The notes beneath the pieces were generated by a model, which made no database searches, was not told the origin of the DNA, and saw only the letters and a list, made by a program, of their open reading frames with translations. The translations under genes and the position numbers were made by a program. 64,000 nucleotides of DNA from a virus (lineage: Duplodnaviria > Caudoviricetes), in the IMG/VR virus record IMGVR_UViG_3300042258_000071, positions 160,001-224,000 of that record. One strand, 5' to 3'. Shown here one piece after another: positions 28,275 to 37,407 of the stretch (positions are counted from its first letter, which is position 1; the number at the start of each line of letters is the position of its first letter).

Positions 28275-29546
28275 ATGTCTGTTAGAGATAAAATCTCATT
28301 CTTAAATAAAAAATTAATGCATCACAATGAACTGTATAGAAAAGATGGCGTCTCAGATATTTCAGATTCTGAATATGATGAAATGTTTGATGAATTGGTT
28401 GCTCTTGAAACTAAGTATCCTCAATATAAAATCTCCGACAGTATCACGTCTAAAGTAGGACACCCCTCGTATCGAAATAAAGTTAAACACGAACAAAGAA
28501 TGTATTCTCTAAGTAAAGTATTTGATATAGAAGAGCTTCATAAATATTTTGCATCAAAAATAGATCATGACGTTCAAATGTATGCGGATCTTAAAAACGA
28601 TGGGGTTGCTTTAAAATTAATATATGCAAACGGGAAGTTGAAACATGCTCTCACACGAGGGGATGGAAAGATTGGACGTGATGTTACACAGAATATTAAA
28701 TATACATCTAATCACCTGCAAATCCCCTACACCGCCCCATTAACTGTAGTAGGTGAACTTACTTTAGCTAAAAAAGATCTTAAGAAAGTATCTGACCTTG
28801 CGGGTACTGAGTTTAAAACAACAAGACATGCTGTTGTATCATTTATAAATTCTAAAGAACCAAATTCTGATATAGGGAAATACTTGTCATTTTACGCCTA
28901 TGGTGTATATGGAACTACCTACAATTTTCATAGTGAGGCATTACGTTTCGTAGAGAAAGATCTTAATTTTAAAAGATCTCCCTGGGTACGATTTAAACTA
29001 AAAGATATATCTGTTCTAAACACCCTTTATAAGAGATGTCTTAAAGATCAGCAGACTTTTGATAATCCCATAGACGGGATCGTTGTTCGTATCGATGATT
29101 TAAGAGTATGCGAAGAGATTGGGTATACCGAACGTGCTCCAAGATTTTCATTGGCTCTCAAATTTAAGGAAGATGGGCACCTTGCTGAAATATCTAATAT
29201 CACTTTTAATTTCGGAGAGAGTGGTGTTATCACCCCCATTGCACATCTAAAAGATCACGTGGTAATACATGGGGTATCTGTTAAGAAGATATCTTTACAT
29301 TCTGTTGGGAACTTAAAAGAACTTGGTATCAATCCTGGGTCTAAAGTTAACGTCATCTTAGCAGGTAAAATCATCCCTCACATTCAATCTGTCATCTCCA
29401 TAAGTAATCCATCCACATTCTCAATCCCAGATACCTGCTGGGTATGTGGATCTAAGTTAACATTTAATACGAAACATCTTAAATGTCAGAATGTTAAATG
29501 TAAGGAACTTAGAAGTACAATGCCTTCTTCAGACATAAACATGTGA
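28275..29546 (+). CDS. ligA: NAD-dependent DNA ligase lacking HhH and BRCT domains
   Basis: ISDSEYD (Ia), MYSL, KNDG, TRGDG, DGIVV, OB fold, C4 Zn finger at the very C-terminus. Confidence 0.92.
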   Translation: MSVRDKISFLNKKLMHHNELYRKDGVSDISDSEYDEMFDELVALETKYPQYKISDSITSKVGHPSYRNKVKHEQRMYSLSKVFDIEELHKYFASKIDHDVQMYADLKNDGVALKLIYANGKLKHALTRGDGKIGRDVTQNIKYTSNHLQIPYTAPLTVVGELTLAKKDLKKVSDLAGTEFKTTRHAVVSFINSKEPNSDIGKYLSFYAYGVYGTTYNFHSEALRFVEKDLNFKRSPWVRFKLKDISVLNTLYKRCLKDQQTFDNPIDGIVVRIDDLRVCEEIGYTERAPRFSLALKFKEDGHLAEISNITFNFGESGVITPIAHLKDHVVIHGVSVKKISLHSVGNLKELGINPGSKVNVILAGKIIPHIQSVISISNPSTFSIPDTCWVCGSKLTFNTKHLKCQNVKCKELRSTMPSSDINM

Positions 29547-30253
29547 ATATATGGAGCAGTCTAATGCTAGATGCGACGCCACTCACACTAGACCAACTAT
29601 ATCAACTATATAAAGTTCGAGAAGTAGAAGGAACCCTTTTAATGAATATGTATATCACTCTAGGGGTCATCTTGGTGACCATCACCTTATCAAGTATTGG
29701 TTTGTGGTTTTGTTTTCACACTTATCAGTTAAAAAGGTCTCAACTAAAGAAACTTCCGTTAAAACAACTGTCTTTTCAAAACTCTAATACACAAAATGAT
29801 CCTTCTTCTCAAAAGGTGTATGATTCTTCCATCGAACCTCTTATTAAGAAGAATCTTAAAAATATTGAAGATCAACTTTCAGCAATATTCAAACTCAACT
29901 TTGAAGAGTCAAAAAGTTTAACACTTAATACAGTAGAGTACGAGTTGATCATGGAGTCTCTTAATGAAACTTCTCGAGTTAAACGTCCTATTCTTAAACT
30001 TAACGTTAATATGACTCACGAGATTTCAAATTCTTCTCCATCAAAAATGGACTCCCCCGATGATGATGACGACGAGGCTTTCACCGATTCCATCTTATCT
30101 GTATTTGAAGTCTTCGGTGTTCCTGTACCAATATTTCCTAAAAGTAAAAAACTGGAAATAGATGTACGTGGGTCTGGACCTAAATGTATGGAGATTGACA
30201 TGCATCTTGGTGTTTATTGGGATATGGAATTAAGGGAGTCACAGAATGTCTAA
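29543..30253 (+). CDS. Membrane-anchored hypothetical protein
   Basis: One TM helix; GTGA overlap with ligase. Confidence 0.7.
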   Translation: MNIWSSLMLDATPLTLDQLYQLYKVREVEGTLLMNMYITLGVILVTITLSSIGLWFCFHTYQLKRSQLKKLPLKQLSFQNSNTQNDPSSQKVYDSSIEPLIKKNLKNIEDQLSAIFKLNFEESKSLTLNTVEYELIMESLNETSRVKRPILKLNVNMTHEISNSSPSKMDSPDDDDDEAFTDSILSVFEVFGVPVPIFPKSKKLEIDVRGSGPKCMEIDMHLGVYWDMELRESQNV

Positions 30254-30848
30254 GCCCATCATTTTCCTGACAGGTGTCCATGGAAGCGGTAAATCAACAC
30301 TTGCTGAAAGATATGCCTCTGAAAATAGTCTTACATATATCCCATCAAGTGTTAGTGATATTCACAAAAAATATGGCGTTACTGTTGCACAAGAAATCGA
30401 TCTTGATCTAAAACTTAAGATTCAACATGAAGTCCTTCAAACCTGGAAGGGTCATCTTCTAGGTATCTTTGAACAAGGTACAGGAGCTATCTTTGATCGA
30501 TGCCCTGTTGACTTCTATGTGTACACAATTATGGCTATTCGAAAAGACAGTAATACAAAGCACTGTGCTATCATGCAGAATTATCTTGATGAATGTATAC
30601 GTATGATGAAGCAGGTTATGGCAAGTTTTAGAGTACATCTCATCTATGTATCTCCCATCTCTCAAGACGATCTGTTAACATCAGATCGTGGAGTCTATAA
30701 AGCACCTCCAGGACCATTCGCACAGATGTTTTCAGACATCATGATAGGCTGTCTTTACAGAAACGAGCTCCCTGCTCAGATCATAGAGGGTCCCCTTGAT
30801 AAACGATACTCTCATATGGCAACGCTTATTCGTGATCTTATGACTTAG
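30246..30848 (+). CDS. P-loop NMP-kinase/NadR-type ATPase
   Basis: FLTGVHGSGKSTL; IFDRCPVD. Confidence 0.85.
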   Translation: MSKPIIFLTGVHGSGKSTLAERYASENSLTYIPSSVSDIHKKYGVTVAQEIDLDLKLKIQHEVLQTWKGHLLGIFEQGTGAIFDRCPVDFYVYTIMAIRKDSNTKHCAIMQNYLDECIRMMKQVMASFRVHLIYVSPISQDDLLTSDRGVYKAPPGPFAQMFSDIMIGCLYRNELPAQIIEGPLDKRYSHMATLIRDLMT

Positions 30849-30867
30849 CCCATAGTGATATCATCTA

Positions 30868-30883
30868 TATATTACTAAAGTGA
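30868..30883 (+). promoter_or_regulatory. Early promoter TATATTAC-N5-TGA for phuZ
   Basis: TATATTACtaaagTGA. Confidence 0.8.
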
Positions 30884-30916
30884 TCCACTCCAACGACCAA
30901 CATAAGGTATGTTCAC

Positions 30917-31981
30917 ATGAATGACTCTGCAACACCTGCAGCTGAGACAACATCCTACCAACCCGTGGCAGCTGTCGTACCATCGACGCCTTCGATCACG
31001 ATATATGCTTGTGGAGGGTGTGGGATCAACATGCTTCGCAGTATGAAAGATGCCATCTCTCCCTATATCGATAAAGTGCGTCGCATTTGCACTGCGGATG
31101 CAGATATTCGGTCCGGGGAAGAAGTTTATATGGTGTCTGGAACTAAAGGATCGGGATCAGGGACCATCCGATCCACAAATGCAGATGCTATTTTTAAGTA
31201 TGTTGCAAATCTTGATGATGAAGATCTTGGCTACTCAGATATCAACATCATCCTCACCTCATTATCAGGTGGTAGCGGAAGTGTCATAGCGCCTGCGCTC
31301 ATAAAACGTATCCATCGGCGCTCCGGCGGAAGTGCCCAGTTCATCTTCATCGGCGTTGGACATACGTCCTCTGAAACATTTACTAATAATACTCTTAATT
31401 CTCTCAAGAGCATGGTAAATATCACTACCACAGATAAGATCTATCTCCCCTCGCTTATCTTTGATAACAGTAGTGTTGGGGAAGATATCGTAAACGCTAC
31501 TATGAAATACCGGTTAACACAACTGGTGTATCTCTTTGCCCTACCGACTTATAATCTAGACCCATCTGACCGTAAAAACTTCTTAAATGGCATCCGCACG
31601 ATGAATGCAGCGCCTGGCATGCGTCTCTTGCGCTTACATTCCGTAGATGAGGAAGACACTCATGTCAACACTGGTGAAGTGTACCATCATGAAGAAGGTG
31701 AAATTTTCGACGCCTTATTGTCCATTGGTCATGAGACTGAGGATGGGGGTCGAAACTACATCAACTGGTCAAGTACCGTTCGACATGTTCGTCAGGGTAT
31801 TTTCAAATCTCAACGCATAACGGCATTAGCAGCGTCCATCTCTTCTTCAGATGCCGGGATCGCTTCATTGATGAAAGAAATTGACAACCAGGCAACTCGA
31901 TTCCAAAGTCAATCTAAACATGTCACTTCCATCATTCGGGTTGACCCCAGTGATACGAATGAACATGGCATGGTGCTGTAA
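30917..31981 (+). CDS. phuZ: Phage tubulin PhuZ
   Basis: YACGGCGIN, GSG..RSTN, tubulin signature SLSGGSGS, C-terminal tail HGMVL. Confidence 0.92.
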   Translation: MNDSATPAAETTSYQPVAAVVPSTPSITIYACGGCGINMLRSMKDAISPYIDKVRRICTADADIRSGEEVYMVSGTKGSGSGTIRSTNADAIFKYVANLDDEDLGYSDINIILTSLSGGSGSVIAPALIKRIHRRSGGSAQFIFIGVGHTSSETFTNNTLNSLKSMVNITTTDKIYLPSLIFDNSSVGEDIVNATMKYRLTQLVYLFALPTYNLDPSDRKNFLNGIRTMNAAPGMRLLRLHSVDEEDTHVNTGEVYHHEEGEIFDALLSIGHETEDGGRNYINWSSTVRHVRQGIFKSQRITALAASISSSDAGIASLMKEIDNQATRFQSQSKHVTSIIRVDPSDTNEHGMVL

Positions 31982-32002
31982 GTAGTTACACTGTACCTTT
32001 TA

Positions 32003-32038
32003 GGAGAGGATGGGGATCCCCGGATCCCCATCCTCTCC
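32003..32038. terminator. Hairpin after phuZ
   Basis: 17-bp perfect stem GGAGAGGATGGGGATCC/GGATCCCCATCCTCTCC. Confidence 0.8.
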
Positions 32039-32089
32039 GATGGTCATATTTAATTTTTCAAATAAATCATCTCAGGAGATTTATAAAAA

Positions 32090-33232
32090 ATGTTTTATCT
32101 CCTATATCCTCTTCTACGTCAATCTAACTTATACTCAGATACGACAGCGAACTTCGGATATATCAATGATCATTTTCTACAAAGTATAAATGATTCAGAT
32201 GGATCAGCCTCTCTTATTCTTATGGATCTTGTAGATATGGAATTTAGAACAGGATATAGTCTTAAGACTTCACAGTTGCATCCTCTCTATGGAAATCTTT
32301 ATAAGACTGTTAATCTTCAAAAACTACCCTCTGGAGATGCCATCCTTGAAGTTGTACACTACAAAACCTCTCGCGGATACATGCCTTTCCGGGCGAAGTA
32401 TCGAACCCAAAATGGGACCATGCCCGTACGATATGTATATGCAACCAATCTTGAAACCATCATGGCTACCTTATTTGGACAAGATGGCTATATTGGAGTT
32501 AGTGATGTTTTAAGTGAAATTGCAGATTCTATAAATGCGTATGGTACTGATAATCAAGAAGATCTCATACCGTTTTCATTTTCAGCAGAATGCCTAACTT
32601 CACGTATCATTCACACTCTAGATCATATGAAATTTAGCAGAGATGCACTATTTACAGGGAAGTCCCCCTTAGAAATTAAAGGGTATTCTGGATTTACAGA
32701 ATATTTTCAAACAGGATACATTCCTTCAAATTTCATACACCAAGAACTCACCAAATCCCCCTTTCCAGGATTTGGATACCCAGACGCCCTAAAAGTCTCA
32801 CCGCAAGATATGGGTGTGTTAATCGTTGAGGGTACATACGGAGAATTGGCTTATGTTGCCGATCTGCTTGAGAACTTATTCTTAACAGATATGGACCTGA
32901 CATACATCGTCATGCAGGGTAAGATCAAACATCGTATCATCGAATATTGCATCGATCGCTTTCGACACATCATCCGCCCACATACCGAGGATGACATTCG
33001 GTGTGATATGATTGCGACATATCTCACACAAACATTTATCCCCTCACAGCATCCAGACAAAGATCTTTTAGAATGTATTCATAAAGGGTTAGAGCTTCGT
33101 ATTATCAAGACTTTTAATGATGAAGCTTTAATTGTTCTAACAGCTCCAGATTATAAACAAGAACCATTTGCTATCTACTACATTGATTTCATTGTACATA
33201 CATTTATTTCACAATCTATAGGGTTCATATAA
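32090..33232 (+). CDS. Hypothetical protein
   Basis: 380-aa ORF, SD AGGAG. Confidence 0.85.
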   Translation: MFYLLYPLLRQSNLYSDTTANFGYINDHFLQSINDSDGSASLILMDLVDMEFRTGYSLKTSQLHPLYGNLYKTVNLQKLPSGDAILEVVHYKTSRGYMPFRAKYRTQNGTMPVRYVYATNLETIMATLFGQDGYIGVSDVLSEIADSINAYGTDNQEDLIPFSFSAECLTSRIIHTLDHMKFSRDALFTGKSPLEIKGYSGFTEYFQTGYIPSNFIHQELTKSPFPGFGYPDALKVSPQDMGVLIVEGTYGELAYVADLLENLFLTDMDLTYIVMQGKIKHRIIEYCIDRFRHIIRPHTEDDIRCDMIATYLTQTFIPSQHPDKDLLECIHKGLELRIIKTFNDEALIVLTAPDYKQEPFAIYYIDFIVHTFISQSIGFI

Positions 33233-33272
33233 GAGAGGTGGGGATTACCCACCTCTCTTATACTTATTTTTT
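33228..33272 (+). terminator. Terminator hairpin
   Basis: TATAAGAGAGGTGGG-gatta-CCCACCTCTCTTATA plus T-tract. Confidence 0.8.
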
Positions 33273-33302
33273 GTCATGGTGAAGGTCAAAATCTATCATC
33301 TA

Positions 33303-33318
33303 TATATTACTTAAGTGA
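33303..33318 (+). promoter_or_regulatory. Early promoter TATATTAC-N5-TGA
   Basis: TATATTACttaagTGA. Confidence 0.8.
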
Positions 33319-33348
33319 TTCCATTTCACCCTAAAGGAGGCCCACCTT

Positions 33349-33516
33349 ATGTTTATTATCATCGATTACATGTCTGTAACTATCTGCGAACATTTCAAGT
33401 TATCGGCTACGCCGATAACGGAGTTTCCCCTTATGGCGTCACACTTTGAATCTATATGGAGTTGTATTTTAAAATTTAAAATACAACTCCATATTCTTAT
33501 GCAACATTCTTTTTGA
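33349..33516 (+). pseudogene. 55-aa remnant paralogue of 33588-34343 containing a 41-bp palindrome
   Basis: SD AAGGAGG; MFIIIDYMSVTICEHFKL vs MYIFEFSNSFTIVEHFKL. Confidence 0.55.
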
Positions 33517-33587
33517 CAATTTCAAAGAAATTTGAGTGAACACTCTACCCACTTCATCAACCCCCCCCCATCTAACACGCAACAAGG

Positions 33588-34343
33588 ATGTCTATTATGT
33601 ATATATTTGAATTCTCGAACTCGTTCACTATCGTTGAACACTTCAAGCTTGAAGTTTTGGATCCTCAGGAAGTTTCGCGAGAGCAACGATCGATGTCACT
33701 GGATGATATCATCTCCAAAGATAGTCAAGATGATGTCATTAAATATGTGAAAGAAAACATGGGGGCTCCTCTCTTCGATAAAATCTGTGCGGACGATTAC
33801 CTACGATATGACTTGAATGGACCTATGGCCCTTCTCCCTGAACTGGGAGAGATTTTACATAAGAAACTGAATGCAAAAAATCTTCTAAATGCGAATGCGG
33901 GCGAATGCGTCTACTATGCATCTAAATGTGCGATGAAAGTCGTCAATGACAGAAGAGATATTACACTTTCACACCAGTCTCAATCCCTGGACATTCTGGG
34001 GTACCAAGAATGTCATTACGAACTAGGGAAGAAAGGACTACAGTCGTTTTATACGAATGTGGCGCGACGATACCCCATGCAGGGAGCAAGAGCTTTCTCT
34101 AAAGGCAGTGCCTTTAAAGACCTCATACATTCCGAGGCCATATCCAAACCATTCGACATTGAGAATGGCCGCGTGATTGAAGAATTTGATATTCTAAGAA
34201 TTGAATCTTTTGTTCATACGTCTGGATTCATGAGAACTGAACGCCAGGAAGATGTTCCGACGTGGATCATGATAATACCTGGTATCGGATCACAAGTATA
34301 TCCTATCCCCCTTGAACATGAAAGACTCTATCGTCAAATTTAA
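33588..34343 (+). CDS. Hypothetical protein
   Basis: 251-aa ORF. Confidence 0.8.
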   Translation: MSIMYIFEFSNSFTIVEHFKLEVLDPQEVSREQRSMSLDDIISKDSQDDVIKYVKENMGAPLFDKICADDYLRYDLNGPMALLPELGEILHKKLNAKNLLNANAGECVYYASKCAMKVVNDRRDITLSHQSQSLDILGYQECHYELGKKGLQSFYTNVARRYPMQGARAFSKGSAFKDLIHSEAISKPFDIENGRVIEEFDILRIESFVHTSGFMRTERQEDVPTWIMIIPGIGSQVYPIPLEHERLYRQI

Positions 34344-34545
34344 AAGAAAAGACCAGGTGACTTATTTTGACGGAAATAACTGTGCACTAGACGCGTTATG
34401 GTGAAGAAATCAGGTTGCTACAGATCTCACAGAACAGCTCTTGAGTGAACATCCCTCTCGGAAAATACCGGAAGAATTCATATACAAATCCATCACTACC
34501 AAGAAAGATTGGGGAACATTGCTACGGTGAAAATTTAGAGTTACG

Positions 34546-34578
34546 ATGAAGAGAGGGCTTTTAAAGCCCTCTCTTCAT
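34546..34578. terminator. Hairpin
   Basis: ATGAAGAGAGGGCTTT-t-AAAGCCCTCTCTTCAT. Confidence 0.7.
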
Positions 34579-34728
34579 GTCATTACGAAACGACGCGGAT
34601 ATCACACACTCGAGGTTGTACTATGTTATCTTCCAAAATATTAGCCGAAATGCTGAAGCAAGCTTTACAGCAAACAACACAAGTTATAAAAATATTTAGC
34701 AGATGACAGTCATCATGAGGAGCTATAA

Positions 34729-35121
34729 TTGATAAAAGTATCCCTATTCTACTATAAGACGTTGTCACATAATCAGATTCTAAGTGTCACGCTTCAAAAT
34801 CGAATGTCGGGGGAGGAACTTACGATTCAAACGCCCGCCATGGCCGACATAGCCAAACTTCAAAATCTTTCATGCGATCCCAACACCATAAACGTGCAGT
34901 CTCATGAAGAATTTGATGACGTTATTGTTAAATTTTGTGGTGATAACCCTAAGTTTCTAATGACGACGTGCTGGGGGAATAGTATTGAATCCTCATCTCA
35001 CATCCCTCATAACCAATATTTGGAGTTTCGAAATCTCATATTGGACCAGCAGAAAATTCAACATTGGCCGATGACGGTAGTGTCCGCATATTTGGAAGGT
35101 GGGTTCTTTAAACGGTATTAA
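34729..35121 (+). CDS. Hypothetical protein
   Basis: SD GAGGAG plus TTG start. Confidence 0.7.
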   Translation: MIKVSLFYYKTLSHNQILSVTLQNRMSGEELTIQTPAMADIAKLQNLSCDPNTINVQSHEEFDDVIVKFCGDNPKFLMTTCWGNSIESSSHIPHNQYLEFRNLILDQQKIQHWPMTVVSAYLEGGFFKRY

Positions 35122-35178
35122 AGTCTGTCACTTCAAAGAGTGGGATATCTATCTAAGAAAGGAGGTTAGATACGAAGC

Positions 35179-35352
35179 ATGGTCGATCTATCAAAAGAAA
35201 TTAACGCGAATAAAAACGCTTCTGATAAAGACAAGAAGAAAAAGGAGGTTTTAAAAGAAGGGTTCTATGTTCCAGAGGAATATTCCGGAACCATCAACAT
35301 TGGTAGTGTTGATGGTTCAGACTCGGAAAATCTAGGTGAGAAAGATGCTTAA
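35179..35352 (+). CDS. 57-aa charged hypothetical protein (not in ORF track)
   Basis: AAGGAGG upstream; MVDLSKEINANK...EKDA*. Confidence 0.55.
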   Translation: MVDLSKEINANKNASDKDKKKKEVLKEGFYVPEEYSGTINIGSVDGSDSENLGEKDA

Positions 35353-35438
35353 ATTAATTCTTGAAGGTCCCCCACTGCTTCAGGGTAGACCTTTAAATCG
35401 ATCGCATTCGAACGCATTCTAAAAGAGGAGCGTAGATC

Positions 35439-35716
35439 ATGTCTAAACAACAGGTCCATACCTAGGATCCTGCACAAATTGTGGAAAACTATCTTTCATC
35501 AAAGGAGATCGGGATCGGGATACAGAGATATGCTTCGACTGTCACAAATTATTATCGGGAGACCACTGTGACTACTGTGGGAACATCTGGACAGCCGATG
35601 TCCACGTCCATGACACCACCTTCTTTGACAGGTGGAAGACTTCTATCCATGAGCACTCTAAAGATGGAATTAACCATATTAAAGAGTTCTTCGATTCAGA
35701 TCATCTTCTTACTTAA
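35439..35716 (+). pseudogene. Triple-CxxC Zn-binding protein frameshifted at A3 (35445-35447)
   Basis: SD GAGGAG; adding one A gives MSKTTGPYLGSCTNCGK...CFDC...CDYC. Confidence 0.65.
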
Positions 35717-35742
35717 AAGTGGTGTTCATGCACACTTAGGTA

Positions 35743-35758
35743 TATATTACTAGTATGA
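35743..35758 (+). promoter_or_regulatory. Early promoter TATATTAC-N5-TGA
   Basis: TATATTACtagtaTGA. Confidence 0.8.
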
Positions 35759-35818
35759 GCATAACACAATATCCTCATCAGGTAGGGTGTTAAATCTTAA
35801 AAATTAAAGGAGACTAAA

Positions 35819-36823
35819 ATGAGTAAAATTGAACAACCTCTACCGACTTCCCAGCATATACAAACCCGTTCAAGTTTGTACTACGAACGGGGTAATTTAA
35901 CAGATATATGTGTCGGCCATACCTGTGCCGAAACACTCGCTACTGGATGGGGTGCAATTGCCCTTTCAGACGGGGAATTGTCGCCAAAGGCGACCATCAT
36001 GGATGGTCCATATGCCATGGCGATTACAGCTGGTAATAATGGCACAGCAACCGTCGAAGGGGATGATAAACCCAACACCTCAATCCTGGTTGCCCAGGGG
36101 GATGGAAGTAAGACTGTCTCCACGGGGCATGGTAATCTACACATGGCCCAGGGTATTGGAGTCACTGCCAAGGCCAGTGGGGTTGGAAATGTTTTGGTTG
36201 CAGTAGGATCTGGGCATCGCCCAGAGACTGTATCCACGGCGACGGCACGTGGGGACCAAAATACGGCTCTCACAGTGGGGGTAGGTTCGAGGGTAGAGAT
36301 AATCGGGACCGGTGGGCTTGGCATCTGTAGGGGTAATAACACCAACAGCAGGACTAACGGAGATCGAGGAATGTCGATCTCCGTTGGTGATGAAGCAGAG
36401 GCACAGGCCGGGAATGGCGATTTCGTAACTGCCATCTCGAAGGGTATCCGTGCCAAGGCCACGGCGTATGGGCATGCACCCACCGCATTCGTGGCAGGGG
36501 AGTATTCGGAAGCCCTAAGTGCAGGGCCGTGGGCAGTGGCCATCGCCACCGGTCCGTTCAGCTCCGCCCGCGTAAGAAGTAGTAATGGAGTGGCTATCTC
36601 AACCGGGGATGCCGGTAAAGTTCGCTCAACCTTCGAGGGTTCAGCAATATTCCTTATAGAACGAGATGAAGAATATGGTCGAGACATTGTGAATGTCTTT
36701 GCCGGCATCGTCGGTAAAGACGGTATCAAACCCGCAACATGGTACACCCTCGTACAGGGTGTACTTACCGAAGTCTCAGACGAACCACTCCCCGACGACT
36801 CTGAAGACCACGAAACTATGTGA
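35819..36823 (+). CDS. Gly/Ala-rich solenoid-repeat protein with C-terminal GIKPxTWY motif
   Basis: ~11-aa A-x-A-x-G repeats; VGKDGIKPATWYTL; SD AAGGAG. Confidence 0.8.
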   Translation: MSKIEQPLPTSQHIQTRSSLYYERGNLTDICVGHTCAETLATGWGAIALSDGELSPKATIMDGPYAMAITAGNNGTATVEGDDKPNTSILVAQGDGSKTVSTGHGNLHMAQGIGVTAKASGVGNVLVAVGSGHRPETVSTATARGDQNTALTVGVGSRVEIIGTGGLGICRGNNTNSRTNGDRGMSISVGDEAEAQAGNGDFVTAISKGIRAKATAYGHAPTAFVAGEYSEALSAGPWAVAIATGPFSSARVRSSNGVAISTGDAGKVRSTFEGSAIFLIERDEEYGRDIVNVFAGIVGKDGIKPATWYTLVQGVLTEVSDEPLPDDSEDHETM

Positions 36824-36828
36824 ATATA

Positions 36829-36882
36829 CAAGAGATGGGAGGGCTTCACCCCTCCCATCTCTTGCTCCTCTTATTTTTTTTT
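36829..36882 (+). terminator. Terminator hairpin
   Basis: CAAGAGATGGGAGGG/CCCTCCCATCTCTTG stem, T-tract downstream. Confidence 0.75.
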
Positions 36883-36935
36883 CACTATTATCGTATAGCC
36901 CATTTTTTTTTCACACTTAGCATATTAGGTGTTAT

Positions 36936-37358
36936 ATGGCGGAATCCAGTACAACAAATTCCTATGGCCTAGTTGTGGAATTTTTAAACCGTATCAATTT
37001 TAGTGACCCAGCCGTGTCTATTGTAGGGATGTCATGCTTTGTCATTTGCTTCATCGCTTTCCTTGTTTATAGGTCGTATTCACAATCTCAAACTTTAAGA
37101 CTTCAATCCCCCCATCCATCCCCAACAGTAGAGGGGATGGATTATAATGATGTCATTAAGTTAATAGCAAGTATGCTCGAAGAGACCACACGATCTGTTC
37201 ACGAGATGAACTCTACAACTGAGAAGTTCTGTGATAAGATCGATAAGCTAGAAGATTCGTTTAATAAGTTATATGATCGCATTGACAGAGTCGCTGACAC
37301 CCCTTACCGAGGACCTCCACCAGGGAGAGATCCCAATACACTCACAGATACGCCATGA
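36936..37358 (+). CDS. Single-pass membrane protein with coiled coil
   Basis: TM AVSIVGMSCFVICFIAFLVY; heptad-like C-terminal half. Confidence 0.7.
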   Translation: MAESSTTNSYGLVVEFLNRINFSDPAVSIVGMSCFVICFIAFLVYRSYSQSQTLRLQSPHPSPTVEGMDYNDVIKLIASMLEETTRSVHEMNSTTEKFCDKIDKLEDSFNKLYDRIDRVADTPYRGPPPGRDPNTLTDTP

Positions 37359-37367
37359 TAGTTACAG

Positions 37368-37405
37368 ATACAAGAGAGTGGGGCAGATGCCCCACTCTCT
37401 TGTAT
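37368..37405. terminator. Bidirectional hairpin between convergent genes
   Basis: 18-bp stem ATACAAGAGAGTGGGGCA/TGCCCCACTCTCTTGTAT. Confidence 0.85.
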
Positions 37406-37407
37406 AT

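Noticed and set aside
3949-34404. Stop-codon reassignment suggested by in-frame TGA at 3949 and 34402
   Set aside because: TGA, TAG and TAA all end well-supported genes, including ATGA/GTGA couplings at 6465 and 29543. Long core genes have no internal stops, and Trp uses TGG.
35481-35753. 90-aa ORF-track call
   Set aside because: No SD; the overlapping frame with three CxxC motifs is more credible.
35881-36858. 325-aa minus-strand ORF
   Set aside because: Antisense shadow of the GC-rich Gly/Ala gene; it starts inside a hairpin with no SD.
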